A DNA stretch of 64,000 nucleotides, taken from the NCBI GenBank assembly GCA_963827685.1, contig CAWHBU010000001.1, positions 288,001-352,000 of the forward strand. Reading direction: 5' to 3'. The DNA is from an uncultured delta proteobacterium (GTDB taxonomy: Bacteria; Desulfobacterota; BSN033; UBA1163). The notes under the pieces were generated by a model. That model was not told where the DNA came from. It did no database searches and was given only the letters and a program-made list of their open reading frames with translations. The position numbers and the translations under genes are program-made. This document shows positions 45,661 to 58,054 of this stretch, in pieces (position 1 is the first letter of the stretch; each line of letters begins with the position of its first letter).

Positions 45661-46923
45661 CATTTTCGGACCTGTCCTTCTCCATAGACAATAAATTTTG
45701 TCGTGGTCAATTCCTCCAACCCCATGGGGCCAAAGGCATGAAGTTTGGAGGTACTGATCCCGATCTCTGCGCCCAGACCCAGCTCGAACCCGTCATTGAA
45801 CCTCGTCGAGGCGTTGACCAGGACACAGGAGGAGTTGACTTCTTTTAAAAACCTCTGTGCATTCTGATAATCTGAGGTGATGATGGCCTCTGTGTGGAAC
45901 GAACCATATTTCGCAATATGTTCGACGGCTTCATGGATTCCCTTCACGACCCTGATGGAGAGAATGAGGTCTAAATATTCTTGAGACCAATCTTCTTCCC
46001 GTGCCTCCTTGATGTGAGAGAGAACTTTTTTTGTCCGAGGACATCCCCTCAGTTCCACCCCCTCTTTCTGAAGGACTTTTGCCACTTTTGGAAGGAATCG
46101 ACTTGCCACCTTTTCGTGAACTAACAAAGTTTCCATAGCATTGCACACCCCTGGTCTTTGGACTTTTGCATTGAGGCAGACCAGGCTGGCCATCTCCAGA
46201 TCAGCGGTCTCATCCACGAAGATATGGCAGACGCCTTTGTAGTGTTTGATGACAGGAATCTTTGAATGATTTGTCACGAATCGAATGAGCTCTTCTCCCC
46301 CCTGGGGATGATGAGATCGATCTGATCTTCCAACTGGAGCATCTCGCGGACCGCTTCTCTCTCCGTATGAGGAAAGATCTGGATCGCCTCCTGGGGGAGT
46401 CCCCTCTCGACGAGGACCTTTCGAAGAATTTGTCCGATAGCTTGATTCGAGTGGAAAGCTTCTGAGCCCCCCTTCAGGATGACACTGTTGCCCGATTTGA
46501 GGCAGAGGCCCGAGGCATCGGCGGTGACATTGGGCCTTGACTCATAAATGATTCCAATGACACCAATGGGAATCCTCATTCTTCCAACCATCAAGCCATT
46601 TGGCCTTTTCCACATCTTGATCACTTCGCCCACCGGATCGGGAAGGTGAGCTATTTCCCGAAGCCCTTCTGCCATCCCACGAATGACGGAAGGAGTCAAT
46701 CTTAATCGGTCGATCAATGACGAAGAAAGAGTTGCTTTCTCCGCAGCGGCGAGATCCTTTCGATTCTCCTTCATCAGCCGTTCCTGATGCCGCTCCAGAT
46801 TTTCTGCCATCTCGAGCAATGCCTGGTTTTTTGTGGCGGTGGAAAGCTGCGCCAGCCGACGAGAGGCCTCCTGAGCCTTTCTGGCCAACGCTCTCACTTC
46901 TGTCCTGAAATCCATTTTCTTTT

Positions 46924-46927
<4 letters not shown>
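45660..46927 (-). pseudogene. proA: Glutamate-5-semialdehyde dehydrogenase, frameshifted in a G6 run (46297-46302); possibly a sequence error
   Basis: [16 protein letters not shown] | [24 protein letters not shown]; one extra G restores [12 protein letters not shown]. Confidence 0.85.
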
Positions 46928-49141
<2,214 letters not shown>

Positions 49142-49201
49142 TCAGAGTACAAATCCTGCATCAAGCGTTGTGGGGGGGCAAAGTCCTGAATCCAGAGTGG
49201 T

Positions 49202-49456
49202 TCAGGAGGCGTAGACACTCACCTGTCTTTTATCTTTTCCTTTCTTCTCATATTTGACGATCCCATCAATTCTGGCAAAAATGGTGTAATCCTTTCCCAA
49301 CCCTACATTTTCGCCAGGATGAATCCGGGTCCCTTTCTGGCGGACCAAGATGTTTCCTGCCTGGACCCATTGCCCACCGAATCGTTTGACGCCCAGTCGC
49401 TGTCCTGCACTATCTCTGCCGTTCCGAGAACTTCCTCCTGCTTTCTTGTGTGCCAT
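49202..49456 (-). CDS. rpmA: 50S ribosomal protein L27
   Basis: [16 protein letters not shown]. Confidence 0.98.
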   Translation of the reverse strand: MAHKKAGGSSRNGRDSAGQRLGVKRFGGQWVQAGNILVRQKGTRIHPGENVGLGKDYTIFARIDGIVKYEKKGKDKRQVSVYAS

Positions 49457-49483
49457 CACTTACCTCCAACCCTTTGTGGTGCT

Positions 49484-49544
49484 GTAGCGCCCCCGTTTAT
49501 CGGGGGCGGGTCAAAACTCCGTCGGCAATAAATGCCGACGCTAC
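49484..49544. repeat. GTAG-type REP doublet between rplU and rpmA
   Basis: gtagcgccccgtttatcgggggcg ... cgtcggcaataaatgccgacgctac; the last 27 nt are identical to 32559-32585. Confidence 0.8.
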
Positions 49545-49601
49545 CTCTCTGACACGATGGTTTAACCCATTATTCCCTTATTCCAATATTCAATCTGCCT
49601 G

Positions 49602-49916
49602 TCAGCTCAAAGCGATATCACTTACTTTCAAATACGTATACGTTTGGCGATGTCCTTTGAATCGTCGATAATTCTTTCTCCTTTTCATCTTATAGGTCAG
49701 GACCTTTTTCCCCTTACTTTCCTCGATAATTTCCCCTTTGATGACGACATGGGTCAGATGGGGAGTTCCAACCTGTGTCTCTCCTTCTTTGGAGACCATC
49801 AGGACATCTTTCAATTCCACCTGATCTCCTACTTTTCCTTCCAATTTTTCTACTCGGACGAGGTCTCCTTTGGAGACCCGATATTCCTTTCCACCGGTTT
49901 TCACCACTGCATACAT
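49602..49916 (-). CDS. rplU: 50S ribosomal protein L21
   Basis: MYAVVKTGGK, GHRQ. Confidence 0.98.
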   Translation of the reverse strand: MYAVVKTGGKEYRVSKGDLVRVEKLEGKVGDQVELKDVLMVSKEGETQVGTPHLTHVVIKGEIIEESKGKKVLTYKMKRRKNYRRFKGHRQTYTYLKVSDIALS

Positions 49917-49987
49917 CAGGCGCCTCCGAATTAAAATAATCGTTGAATATTAATTGATTTTTAACCTATTGTCAAATTCTCCTTTTT

Positions 49988-51481
49988 TCAAATTTCGATG
50001 ATGCTGAATTGCTCTTGGTGGAATCCGGGCTTGCCCTTAATGACGATTTTTTTCCTCAGTTTTTTCTCCAATTCCTCCACGCCGGCCCTCTCCTCTTCGT
50101 AAAGAAGGTCGGCGATCTCCGGATTGGCTTCGACCACGATGTTATGCCCTCCCAATTCCGTGGAAGTTCTTTCGATCTCTCGGAAGATATCGTAACAGAC
50201 CGTCGTCTTCGATTTGATCAGCCCCGCTCCCTCACAATAGGGACAGGGCTCACCCAGGATCCGAGAGATGTTTTCGCGGGTTCGCTTCCGGGTCATCTCC
50301 ACCAAGCCCAATTCTGAGATTTTAAAGATATTGGTCTTCTGACGATCTTTCTTCAGGGCCTCTTCGAAAGCCTGATATACCTTTTCCCGGTCTCCCTCTC
50401 TTTCCATATCGATAAAGTCAATGATGATGATCCCTCCAATATTTCGCAATCTCAACTGGTAGGCGATCTCCTTCGCTGCTTCCAGGTTGGTTTTAAGAAT
50501 CGTATCCGCCAAATTTCTTTTCCCGACATATCTCCCTGTATTCACATCAATGGGCACCAGGGCTTCGCTCATATCGATGACGATATACCCTCCGGATTTG
50601 AGCCATACCTTACTGCCCAGGATTTTGTCAATCTCCATCTCAATCCCGTAAGCATCGAAGATCGGCTCTTTTTTCTCGTAGAGGATCATCTCATATTTTT
50701 GTTTTGGCATATAGGTGTTGATGAAGGAGAGAATATTGTCATATTCTTCTTTAGAGTTGATGATGATTCGATTGACCTGAGGGGAGAGAATATCCCGAAT
50801 GACCCGCAGCACCATGGTCAGGTCACTGTGGATCAGCGAGGGGGCCGTTGAATTTTCTTTTTTCTTCTGGATGTTATTCCAGAGATGGATGAGAAATTCC
50901 ATATCGGTTCGAATTTCATCCGCCGCTGCCCCTTCGCTGGCCGTCCGGACGATAAAACCACCGGCAGGAGGTTTTATTGATTGGATGGTTTCTCTCAGTC
51001 TCTTCCGTTCCTTTTCGTCCTTGATCCTTCTCGAAATACCGATATGATCCACAAGGGGCATGTAGACAAGATACCTGCCGGGCAACGTGGTATGGGAGGT
51101 GATTCGGGTCCCTTTCGTGCCGAGGGGTTCTTTCGAAACCTGAACCAATATCTCCTGGCCTTCGGAGAGCAGGTTTTCAATCTGTGAGGAAGGGCTGCTG
51201 AAATAAGGGGGCATTTCTTCCCCTTGAAAGCCCATTTCCTCGTAATCTTCGATCACCCCGTGGACATCCGAGACATAGAGGAAAGCAGCTTTCTCCAACC
51301 CGATATCAACAAAAGCGGCCTGCATCCCTGGCAAAACCTTCACGACTTTCCCCTTGTAGATGTTCCCCATGATGCCCCGATCCTTGGTGCGTTCGATGTA
51401 AAGTTCGGCAAGGACCCGGTCCTCCAATAAGGCAACCCTTGTCTCCTGTTGCGTTACATTAATGATCAGCTCATTCGCCAT
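49988..51481 (-). CDS. rng: Ribonuclease G (Rne/Rng family)
   Basis: GNIYKG, AAFVDIG, IDVNTG, IIIDFIDM, EMTRKR. Confidence 0.95.
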   Translation of the reverse strand: MANELIINVTQQETRVALLEDRVLAELYIERTKDRGIMGNIYKGKVVKVLPGMQAAFVDIGLEKAAFLYVSDVHGVIEDYEEMGFQGEEMPPYFSSPSSQIENLLSEGQEILVQVSKEPLGTKGTRITSHTTLPGRYLVYMPLVDHIGISRRIKDEKERKRLRETIQSIKPPAGGFIVRTASEGAAADEIRTDMEFLIHLWNNIQKKKENSTAPSLIHSDLTMVLRVIRDILSPQVNRIIINSKEEYDNILSFINTYMPKQKYEMILYEKKEPIFDAYGIEMEIDKILGSKVWLKSGGYIVIDMSEALVPIDVNTGRYVGKRNLADTILKTNLEAAKEIAYQLRLRNIGGIIIIDFIDMEREGDREKVYQAFEEALKKDRQKTNIFKISELGLVEMTRKRTRENISRILGEPCPYCEGAGLIKSKTTVCYDIFREIERTSTELGGHNIVVEANPEIADLLYEEERAGVEELEKKLRKKIVIKGKPGFHQEQFSIIEI

Positions 51482-51507
51482 AACTGCTCCTTAAAAGTAA
51501 GAACATA

Positions 51508-51628
51508 GGATTGGAATACTGGAATAGTGGAATGGTGGAATGATGGGTTTTTAAGAGGAGAGCAACCCAACCATTATCCATAAGTCTTAGAAACCAATAT
51601 TCCAATATTCCATTTTTCCATCATTCCA
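51508..51628. repeat. Octamer-period inverted array (TGGAATAC/ATATTCCA); half copy near 17600
   Basis: ttggaatactggaatagtggaatggtggaatgatggg ... ccaatattccaatattccatttttccatcattcca. Confidence 0.7.
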
Positions 51629-54095
51629 TCTTAACAACCTTCAATTGAGCAAGCGGTTCCCCGGACAAACCCAATACGGCCTCAACGATCTCGATAGGTT
51701 TTGCCGTTCTTCCCACCGCCTTTCGAAGTACCAGTTCCACTCCCCATTGAAGCTCTTCCCCTGATCTCTCCTTTTTCTCCTTAATTTCCATCTTTTCGAT
51801 CAAGGGTCGAATATCCACACTCCTTTTCTTTCCATCTCTCTCCTGATCAACGAAGAACTCTTTTTTGTCCAAAGCCATTTTGATCTTCGGGGTGGCTTCT
51901 TCTTTTGAAAGGAGATGATCCAAGGGTATCCAGTAGATAGACGGATGGGGTAAGGAGGATAGATGAAAAAAGAGCGGAACCTCCTCGGCTTCCATGATCT
52001 CAATTCCTGGTGGCAGAGTTTGATTCAGTTTCTCCATGACTTCAGGAGGAGTGATTTTCCCCTCACACTCCATATCCAAGATCTCCGTCAAACTCTCCAT
52101 CCCCACCGGAAGGGCTGTTGCAAAAATGATTCTGGGCATCGGGTGAAATCCCTCAGAAAAACAGAGAGGAAGATCAGCCCTCTTTGATGCGCGATAGAAG
52201 AGATGCACCAGTTCTAAATGGCTCAGGAATCGCAACTCTCCCACCTTTCTGAATTTCAATCGAATCTTTTTCTTCATCCCTTTCTTTCGGATATCTTTTT
52301 TTGCCATTCTTTCCAAAGTTTTAATCTCTGACGGAACACTTTCTTTAACGGTGATGCTCTTTCCGTCACAGATCCCGCACCGATGACAATTCTCTTTCAC
52401 ACAAGAAGGACTGATTTTTTCTTCGAGGCCTCTCTGATACTCCTCCCAGAGAAATTGAGCATTCATTCCTGTTTCGACAAAAGACCACGGAAGGATATCC
52501 TCGAATTTTCTCTTTCGGGTGTGGAAATCCATCTTGAGTCCCATCTTCTCAAAGGCTTCTTTCCACAGGGGATAACGGAATTGATCACTCCAGCCATCGA
52601 AGCGACATCCGAGCCGAAAGGCCTCCACTAAGACCTGGGAAAGATTTCGATCCCCCATTGAAAAAATTCCCTCCAAAGAACTGAGATGGGGATCTTGCCA
52701 CTTAAAACGGAGATGGTTCCTCCTCACCCCGTCCCTCATAAAATTAAGCTTTTCCTTTATCTCTTCCAAAGGAATTTGGGACTCCCATTGGAAAGGGGTG
52801 TGGGGCTTGGGTACGAACGTAGAAACACTGACGCTGATATTGGGATAGATTTTCTGCCTCTCTCCTAAGGAAGCAATCTGTTTGGTCAACTCAAAGATTC
52901 CCCTTAAGTCCTCCTCCTTTTCTGTTGGAAGGCCCATCATGAAATAGAGCTTGATGTTCTTCCACCCTTTTGAAAAGAGATCTGAGACACCTTGGAAAAA
53001 GACCCTTTCATCCAACTCCTTATTGATCACTCTTCGAAGACGTTCTGTTCCAGCCTCGGGCGCAATCGTAAATCCAGTCTTTCTGACCCGCTTTACCTCC
53101 TCTGCCAATTGCCCCACCACACTCTCAATCCTTAATGAGGGAAAAGAGACAGCGACTTTCTCCGATTCAAATCGGTCCATCAGATCAGAGAGAAGAGGTC
53201 CGATGGAAGAGTAGTCTCCGGCGCTAAGAGAGAGTAAAGAGAGTTCTTCGTAACCTGTCTGCTTGAGGGAGGCATTGAGAATCTCATGAATGATCTTCGG
53301 ACTTCTCTCGCGGTAAGGCCGATGGATGAACCCGGCTTCACAGAAGCGGCATCCTCTTTTGCAACCCCTTGCGATCTCAATATTGAGACGGTCATGAACC
53401 ACCTTCATGTAAGGGACGATCGGGCAGGTGGGGAAAAAGGTTTGATTAAGGTCAGAAACAATTCTTTTACGAATCCTTTGCCCCTCTGTGTGTAAACGGG
53501 GGACATAGACTCCTTCCAGTTGTGAGAGGGATTTTAAGAAATCCTCTTTCTTCGCCCCGGCCTCTTTCGATTGAAGTGCGATATCGCAGATCTCCAAGAC
53601 CACCTCTTCACCATCTCCAATGACCATGGCATCAAAAAAATCAGCGACCGGTGCTGGATTAAAGGTCAAAGGACCTCCAGCGATGATCAGCGGGGACCGG
53701 TCATCCCTGTCTGTTGAGAAGAGAGGAATATTGGAGAGGTCGAGCATATTGAGAACATTGGTAAAGCAAAGTTCATATTGGAGAGAGAAACCGACAATAT
53801 CGAATTGATTGAGGGGGATGGAGGATTCGAGGGAGGAGAGAGGAATCCTTTTTTCCCTTAAGACTTTCTCTATATCTATCCAGGGGGCAAAAGCCCTTTC
53901 GCAGGCAACTTCTATTTTTGTATTTAAAATGTGATAAAGAATCTGAATTCCGAGGTGGGACATTCCCACTTCATAGACATCTGGAAAGGCGAGACAGAAT
54001 TTTAATTTGATCTGTGAAAGGTCTTTTCTTATTGAATTGACCTCTCGGCCCAGATACCTCACCGGTTTAGAAACGAGAGAAAGAAACTCTTTCAA
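51621..54095 (-). CDS. TIGR03960 B12-binding radical SAM protein fused to TIGR03936/DUF2344
   Basis: FPDVYEVGMSHLG, RGCKRGCRFC, APEAG, FDGW; C-terminal FLSHLE...GFHPMP. Confidence 0.92.
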   Translation of the reverse strand: MKEFLSLVSKPVRYLGREVNSIRKDLSQIKLKFCLAFPDVYEVGMSHLGIQILYHILNTKIEVACERAFAPWIDIEKVLREKRIPLSSLESSIPLNQFDIVGFSLQYELCFTNVLNMLDLSNIPLFSTDRDDRSPLIIAGGPLTFNPAPVADFFDAMVIGDGEEVVLEICDIALQSKEAGAKKEDFLKSLSQLEGVYVPRLHTEGQRIRKRIVSDLNQTFFPTCPIVPYMKVVHDRLNIEIARGCKRGCRFCEAGFIHRPYRERSPKIIHEILNASLKQTGYEELSLLSLSAGDYSSIGPLLSDLMDRFESEKVAVSFPSLRIESVVGQLAEEVKRVRKTGFTIAPEAGTERLRRVINKELDERVFFQGVSDLFSKGWKNIKLYFMMGLPTEKEEDLRGIFELTKQIASLGERQKIYPNISVSVSTFVPKPHTPFQWESQIPLEEIKEKLNFMRDGVRRNHLRFKWQDPHLSSLEGIFSMGDRNLSQVLVEAFRLGCRFDGWSDQFRYPLWKEAFEKMGLKMDFHTRKRKFEDILPWSFVETGMNAQFLWEEYQRGLEEKISPSCVKENCHRCGICDGKSITVKESVPSEIKTLERMAKKDIRKKGMKKKIRLKFRKVGELRFLSHLELVHLFYRASKRADLPLCFSEGFHPMPRIIFATALPVGMESLTEILDMECEGKITPPEVMEKLNQTLPPGIEIMEAEEVPLFFHLSSLPHPSIYWIPLDHLLSKEEATPKIKMALDKKEFFVDQERDGKKRSVDIRPLIEKMEIKEKKERSGEELQWGVELVLRKAVGRTAKPIEIVEAVLGLSGEPLAQLKVVKME

Positions 54096-54329
54096 TCCAT
54101 CACCATCTGGAAGTCGATTTTTAAGAAGATTTTAAGACACTAAAGGGGGATTCCCCCTATCATCCAACCTCTTTATGTAGTTAAAAATACTATAATTTTA
54201 ACCTATTGTCAATTTTGGTCAACGAGTTCAAAGGAGGATTTGGAACCATAAGATGACGCCGGAATTAATCATTGACACAGAGAAATCAGCTTGCTACATT
54301 TTTTTAGATCACTGGTTTCCACAAAAATA

Positions 54330-54495
54330 GTGAAGCTCGCCGGCCATAGGGCGGGGCTTCACGGATAGCCAAGGCTTTCCAGCCTCGGCGAAAATGCTGG
54401 CGGGACAAGAATGTTCCGCCTATCGAAATTTGACTCACTGCATTCATCCCCGCCCCTGCCTACCGGAAGGCAGGTACAGGGCAGGACATTCTGCA
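54330..54495. mobile_element. Non-autonomous IS200/IS605-like element (two end hairpins, no ORF) with a nested 20-mer at 54455-54474
   Basis: gtgaagctcgccggccatagggcggggcttc ... attcatccccgcc[cctgcctaccggaaggcagg]tacagggcagg. Confidence 0.55.
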
Positions 54496-54519
54496 GCATT
54501 TTCGTAGAATGAAGCTCAA

Positions 54520-55422
54520 ATGAATCTGGCGAATCAATTTATTTTATCTGCCATTCAGCTTCTCCCGAAACCTCTGGTGAAGCGGTTTGCCCTGCGCTAC
54601 ATCGCTGGCGAAGAACTCGATGATGCAGTTCGTGTTGTAAAAGGTATCAATTCAAAAAAGATGATGGGAACGATGGATGTCCTCGGCGAAAATGTCTCAA
54701 CACGGGAAGAATCTCTGGCGGCTGTGAGAGAGTGTGAGGAAGTCCTTCATTCGATCAATAAAAATCATCTGGACGCAAATCTCTCTATTAAACTGACTCA
54801 ATTCGGACTTAAGATCGATGAGGAATTCTGCCATTCAAATGCAAGGCGTTTGCTTGAGATCGCCTCCGGATACAACAATTTTGTACGGATTGATATGGAA
54901 GATTCATCCACGACGAGTGCCACATTGAAATTATATGAAAGGCTGCGCTCCGAAGGGTTTGAAAACGTGGGAGTCGTCGTTCAAGCGAATATGCGGCGAA
55001 GTAAGGAGGATGTCCAAAAAGTGATCTCCATGAGGGCTAATATCAGGCTTTGTAAAGGAGCTTATATTGAACCAGATGCTATTGCCTTCAAAGGCAAAGA
55101 GGAAATCAGTCTTAATTATGTAAAGCTCTTAAAAATGCTTCTCGGCGGAAAGTGCTATGTCGGCATTGCGACCCATGACGATTTTCTGATAGACAGTGCC
55201 TATCGATACATTCAGGAGATGAATCTCCAAAAGTCCGACTACGAATTTCAGATGCTTTATGGTGTAAAGAGTAAGCTTCGCGATAAAATTGTTACGGATG
55301 GGCACCGGCTGCGTGTTTATGTTCCTTTTGGCCAATACTGGTATGCCTACTCGATTCGGCGATTTAAAGAAAATCCTCAGATTGCGTGGTACGTCTTTCA
55401 AGCAATCTTTTCTGGAGATTAA
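54520..55422 (+). CDS. Monofunctional proline dehydrogenase
   Basis: RYIAGE, SIKLTQ, RIDME, RLCKGAY, ATHD, FQMLYG, YVPFG, RRFKE. Confidence 0.93.
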   Translation: MNLANQFILSAIQLLPKPLVKRFALRYIAGEELDDAVRVVKGINSKKMMGTMDVLGENVSTREESLAAVRECEEVLHSINKNHLDANLSIKLTQFGLKIDEEFCHSNARRLLEIASGYNNFVRIDMEDSSTTSATLKLYERLRSEGFENVGVVVQANMRRSKEDVQKVISMRANIRLCKGAYIEPDAIAFKGKEEISLNYVKLLKMLLGGKCYVGIATHDDFLIDSAYRYIQEMNLQKSDYEFQMLYGVKSKLRDKIVTDGHRLRVYVPFGQYWYAYSIRRFKENPQIAWYVFQAIFSGD

Positions 55423-55427
55423 TTCTG

Positions 55428-55651
55428 TGTAACCCCTCAGTCTCGGGTGCGGTTGGATCGGGGTGGTTTCCCCTCCGAAACCTTGAAAAGCGGATCATTA
55501 GAGAGAGGGGGATCGGCGGGTGGTGCTGAAGGAGTCGTTTTAGGGGCATCTCTACCTTGGCTCATCGCTCAAATGTGCCGCTTCAAGTTTTCTCCGGAGA
55601 GACCACCCCGATCCTGGGCATAGGATCTCCGCCCATCACTGAGGGATTACA
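55428..55651. mobile_element. MITE with TIRs and a 6-bp ATTCTG target duplication
   Basis: tgtaacccctcagtctcggg ... cccatcactgagggattaca; ATTCTG at 55422-55427 and 55652-55657; internal IR gatcggggtggt/accaccccgatc. Confidence 0.75.
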
Positions 55652-55717
55652 ATTCTGCTCAGTTTATCAGTTGACATCACCTTAGAAATTGTGGTATGAA
55701 AAATTAAAAATTGATCC

Positions 55718-55910
55718 GTGTTCAGGTGGCTTGAAGCCAAAAAGGGAACCCCCGTGAGAGTCGGGGACGGCCACGCCGCTGTAATCGGGTACGAAACTTG
55801 CCAGATCCACTATCCTTCGAGACTTCGGCATGAGCTCAGTCGAATGCCAAGCTTAGGATGGGAAGGGGCAAGAAGTAGGACGATCCGTAAGCCAGAAAAC
55901 CTGCCTGAAT
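55718..55910 (+). ncRNA. Cobalamin riboswitch
   Basis: AAAAGGGAA, CCGCTGTAA, CCACT...GGGAAGG, AAGCCAGAAAACCTGCC B12-box; upstream of tonB-btuFCD. Confidence 0.92.
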
Positions 55911-55961
55911 GCGCTTCACAATAGGTCTTCGGTGGAGGACTGTGAAGGGTGAGGTAGAAAC

Positions 55962-55995
55962 AAACCCAGTCTTTCATGCAAAGGCTGGGTTTTTT
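55962..55995 (+). terminator. Intrinsic terminator (riboswitch expression platform)
   Basis: aaacccagtcttt-catgc-aaaggctgggttttt. Confidence 0.75.
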
Positions 55996-56010
55996 ATTGG
56001 AATTTTGAAT

Positions 56011-56916
56011 ATGACTGGAAATGCAACTCTGAAGATCGCTGCTTCTATCTCGTTGGGTATCCATCTCTTATTTATCGGGATCGCCTCAAGTTTATTCCAA
56101 AACCCCAAGATCCTTCAAATGGACACGCGTTATGTTAAGGTTACTCTTCTACCCTTGGTGACCGAGGAGAAACCCGGTGCCAAGATTATTCTTCCTATTC
56201 CCCTGAAAGTTGGAAATCAAGATCCCGGGGAACCCGTATTTGACCGCAAGGGGCTAAACCAGAATCCCCTTTCCCCTTCCAAATCTATGGCAAAAAATAT
56301 TCCTCTCGAAGAACCGAGAACATTTCCCCAGCAACGAGAAGAGGAGAGAGTATTAAAAGAACCCATTAGCGTTGCCATGGCTGTGGGACCGCTTTCTGAT
56401 GCATACCTTAACAAGGGGGCGGATGCGGTTTCTTCTAAAGAGGCCGCTACCAATGGGGAGAATCTTTCCGTGTCTTTACCCGCTTTCCGCTCCGGAGAAT
56501 TCGATGGGGGTACTTTTTCATACAGTAGCTTTGGAGATGGAAAGGGGGCAGGAACCGGGTCTGGGAATGGAAGCTCCAGTAAAGGAGGTTCTGGAAAAGG
56601 GGAAGGAATTTTTGGGAAAATTTTATCCTCCCGCAGAGGGGGTAATGGGACTCGGCCCGGATATGCTGAGAATCCGAAACCTATCTATCCGCAGGAAGCC
56701 AGGGAAAAGGGATATGAAGGGGAAGTGGTCTTGTGGGTGGAAGTCCTTATCAGTGGGCAGGTAGGGCAGATTGAAATAAAGAAGTCATCCGGTTATGAGT
56801 TGCTCGATCGCTCCGCCCTCACTGCAGTGAAACAGTGGAGATTCATTCCCGCAAAGAAGGATGAGGTTCCAATCCCTCTTTGGGTAAACATTCCTGTCAA
56901 GTTTCAACTCCAATGA
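56011..56916 (+). CDS. tonB: Energy transducer TonB
   Basis: N-terminal S-x6-H TM anchor; PIYPQEAR..GYEG.V, SSGY..LD..A..AV..WRFIPA. Confidence 0.9.
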   Translation: MTGNATLKIAASISLGIHLLFIGIASSLFQNPKILQMDTRYVKVTLLPLVTEEKPGAKIILPIPLKVGNQDPGEPVFDRKGLNQNPLSPSKSMAKNIPLEEPRTFPQQREEERVLKEPISVAMAVGPLSDAYLNKGADAVSSKEAATNGENLSVSLPAFRSGEFDGGTFSYSSFGDGKGAGTGSGNGSSSKGGSGKGEGIFGKILSSRRGGNGTRPGYAENPKPIYPQEAREKGYEGEVVLWVEVLISGQVGQIEIKKSSGYELLDRSALTAVKQWRFIPAKKDEVPIPLWVNIPVKFQLQ

Positions 56917-57992
56917 TCTATTCATCAAAGAAAATAGGCATTAAAGACGGAAAGCTTAAGAACCTCCCCTCCCCTGGCGGGAGGGGATTAAGGGAAGGGA
57001 GAAGGAATAGGTGGGATGTCACCCTCACCCCAGCCCTCTCCCGCTTGCGGGCCGAACCCTTCAGCGGGCAGGCCCGTCAAGGGAGAGGGGAAAAGAAATT
57101 CTTTTTGGTGCTTTTGTTGTTCACCTTCATTTTGGCATCTAGTTCCCATTCCGCCGACTTAAATGTTAAAGATGAAGTAGGAAGAGAAGTGGCCTTCCCT
57201 TTTCCTCCAAAAAGGATTGTTTCCTTGGCTCCCAATATCACCGAAATCCTTTTCAGCCTTGGACTCGATGAAGAGATCGTGGGGGTCTCCATTCACTGTA
57301 ATTTTCCTGCAAAGGCCAAGAGCAAAGTTCGAGTAGGAAGCTATATCAGTCTCGATTTCGAAAAGATCGCCTCCCTCAACCCTGATTTGATCATTGCCAC
57401 GGCAGCTGGAAATACCCGGGACATGGTGGATCGCTTAGGGAAATTGGGGTTTCAGACTTATGTCATCTATCCAAAGAACTTTAATGATATCCTCCAAAGC
57501 ATCGCTCATATCAGTCAGGTCGTGAACCGGGAAAAAGAGGCGAGGGTGATCATCGAGGGAATGAGAAAGAGAAGCCAGAGAATAGTTGAACTCACAAACG
57601 GCCTTCCACGACCTAAGGTTTTTATCCAAATCGGAGATGCCCCCATTGTGACGGTAGGAAAAGGGAGTTTTGCAGATGACCTTATCCGGCTTGCCGGGGG
57701 TGAAAATATTGCAGGGAAAGAGGAAGAGGTATATCCTCGATTTGGAATGGAGGAAATTTTAAAAAGATCTCCAGAGGTGATCGTCATCAGTTCCATGAAT
57801 CCAAGAGGGGATTATCAGAGGATTATTCAGGAATGGACTCGTTGGAAGAGCATCCCAGCCGTAAAGAATGGCCGCATTCACCTCATTGACTCAGACTTGC
57901 TCGATCGGCCATCACCGCGCATCATCGACGGATTGGAGGAGCTCGCAAGAGTTCTCCATCCTGGAAAATTTAGAAGAACAGTGCAAAATTAG
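56913..57992 (+). CDS. btuF: Cobalamin ABC transporter substrate-binding protein
   Basis: RIVSLAPNITEILF.LG, PDL, RPSPR; ATG at 56913 overlaps the tonB stop (start uncertain). Confidence 0.88.
   Translation: MIYSSKKIGIKDGKLKNLPSPGGRGLREGRRNRWDVTLTPALSRLRAEPFSGQARQGRGEKKFFLVLLLFTFILASSSHSADLNVKDEVGREVAFPFPPKRIVSLAPNITEILFSLGLDEEIVGVSIHCNFPAKAKSKVRVGSYISLDFEKIASLNPDLIIATAAGNTRDMVDRLGKLGFQTYVIYPKNFNDILQSIAHISQVVNREKEARVIIEGMRKRSQRIVELTNGLPRPKVFIQIGDAPIVTVGKGSFADDLIRLAGGENIAGKEEEVYPRFGMEEILKRSPEVIVISSMNPRGDYQRIIQEWTRWKSIPAVKNGRIHLIDSDLLDRPSPRIIDGLEELARVLHPGKFRRTVQN
56961..57090. repeat. REP-like doublet within the btuF 5' frame, with a nested 33-bp element (57044-57076)
   Basis: cctcccctggcgggagggg ... 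caccctcaccccagccctctCCCG[...CCCG]tcaagggagagggg. Confidence 0.8.
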
Positions 57993-58054
57993 CATTGAAA
58001 AACTATCAGTGATCATTGTTAATTGATAATTTTTCGTTTTCCAATGAGATTCAG

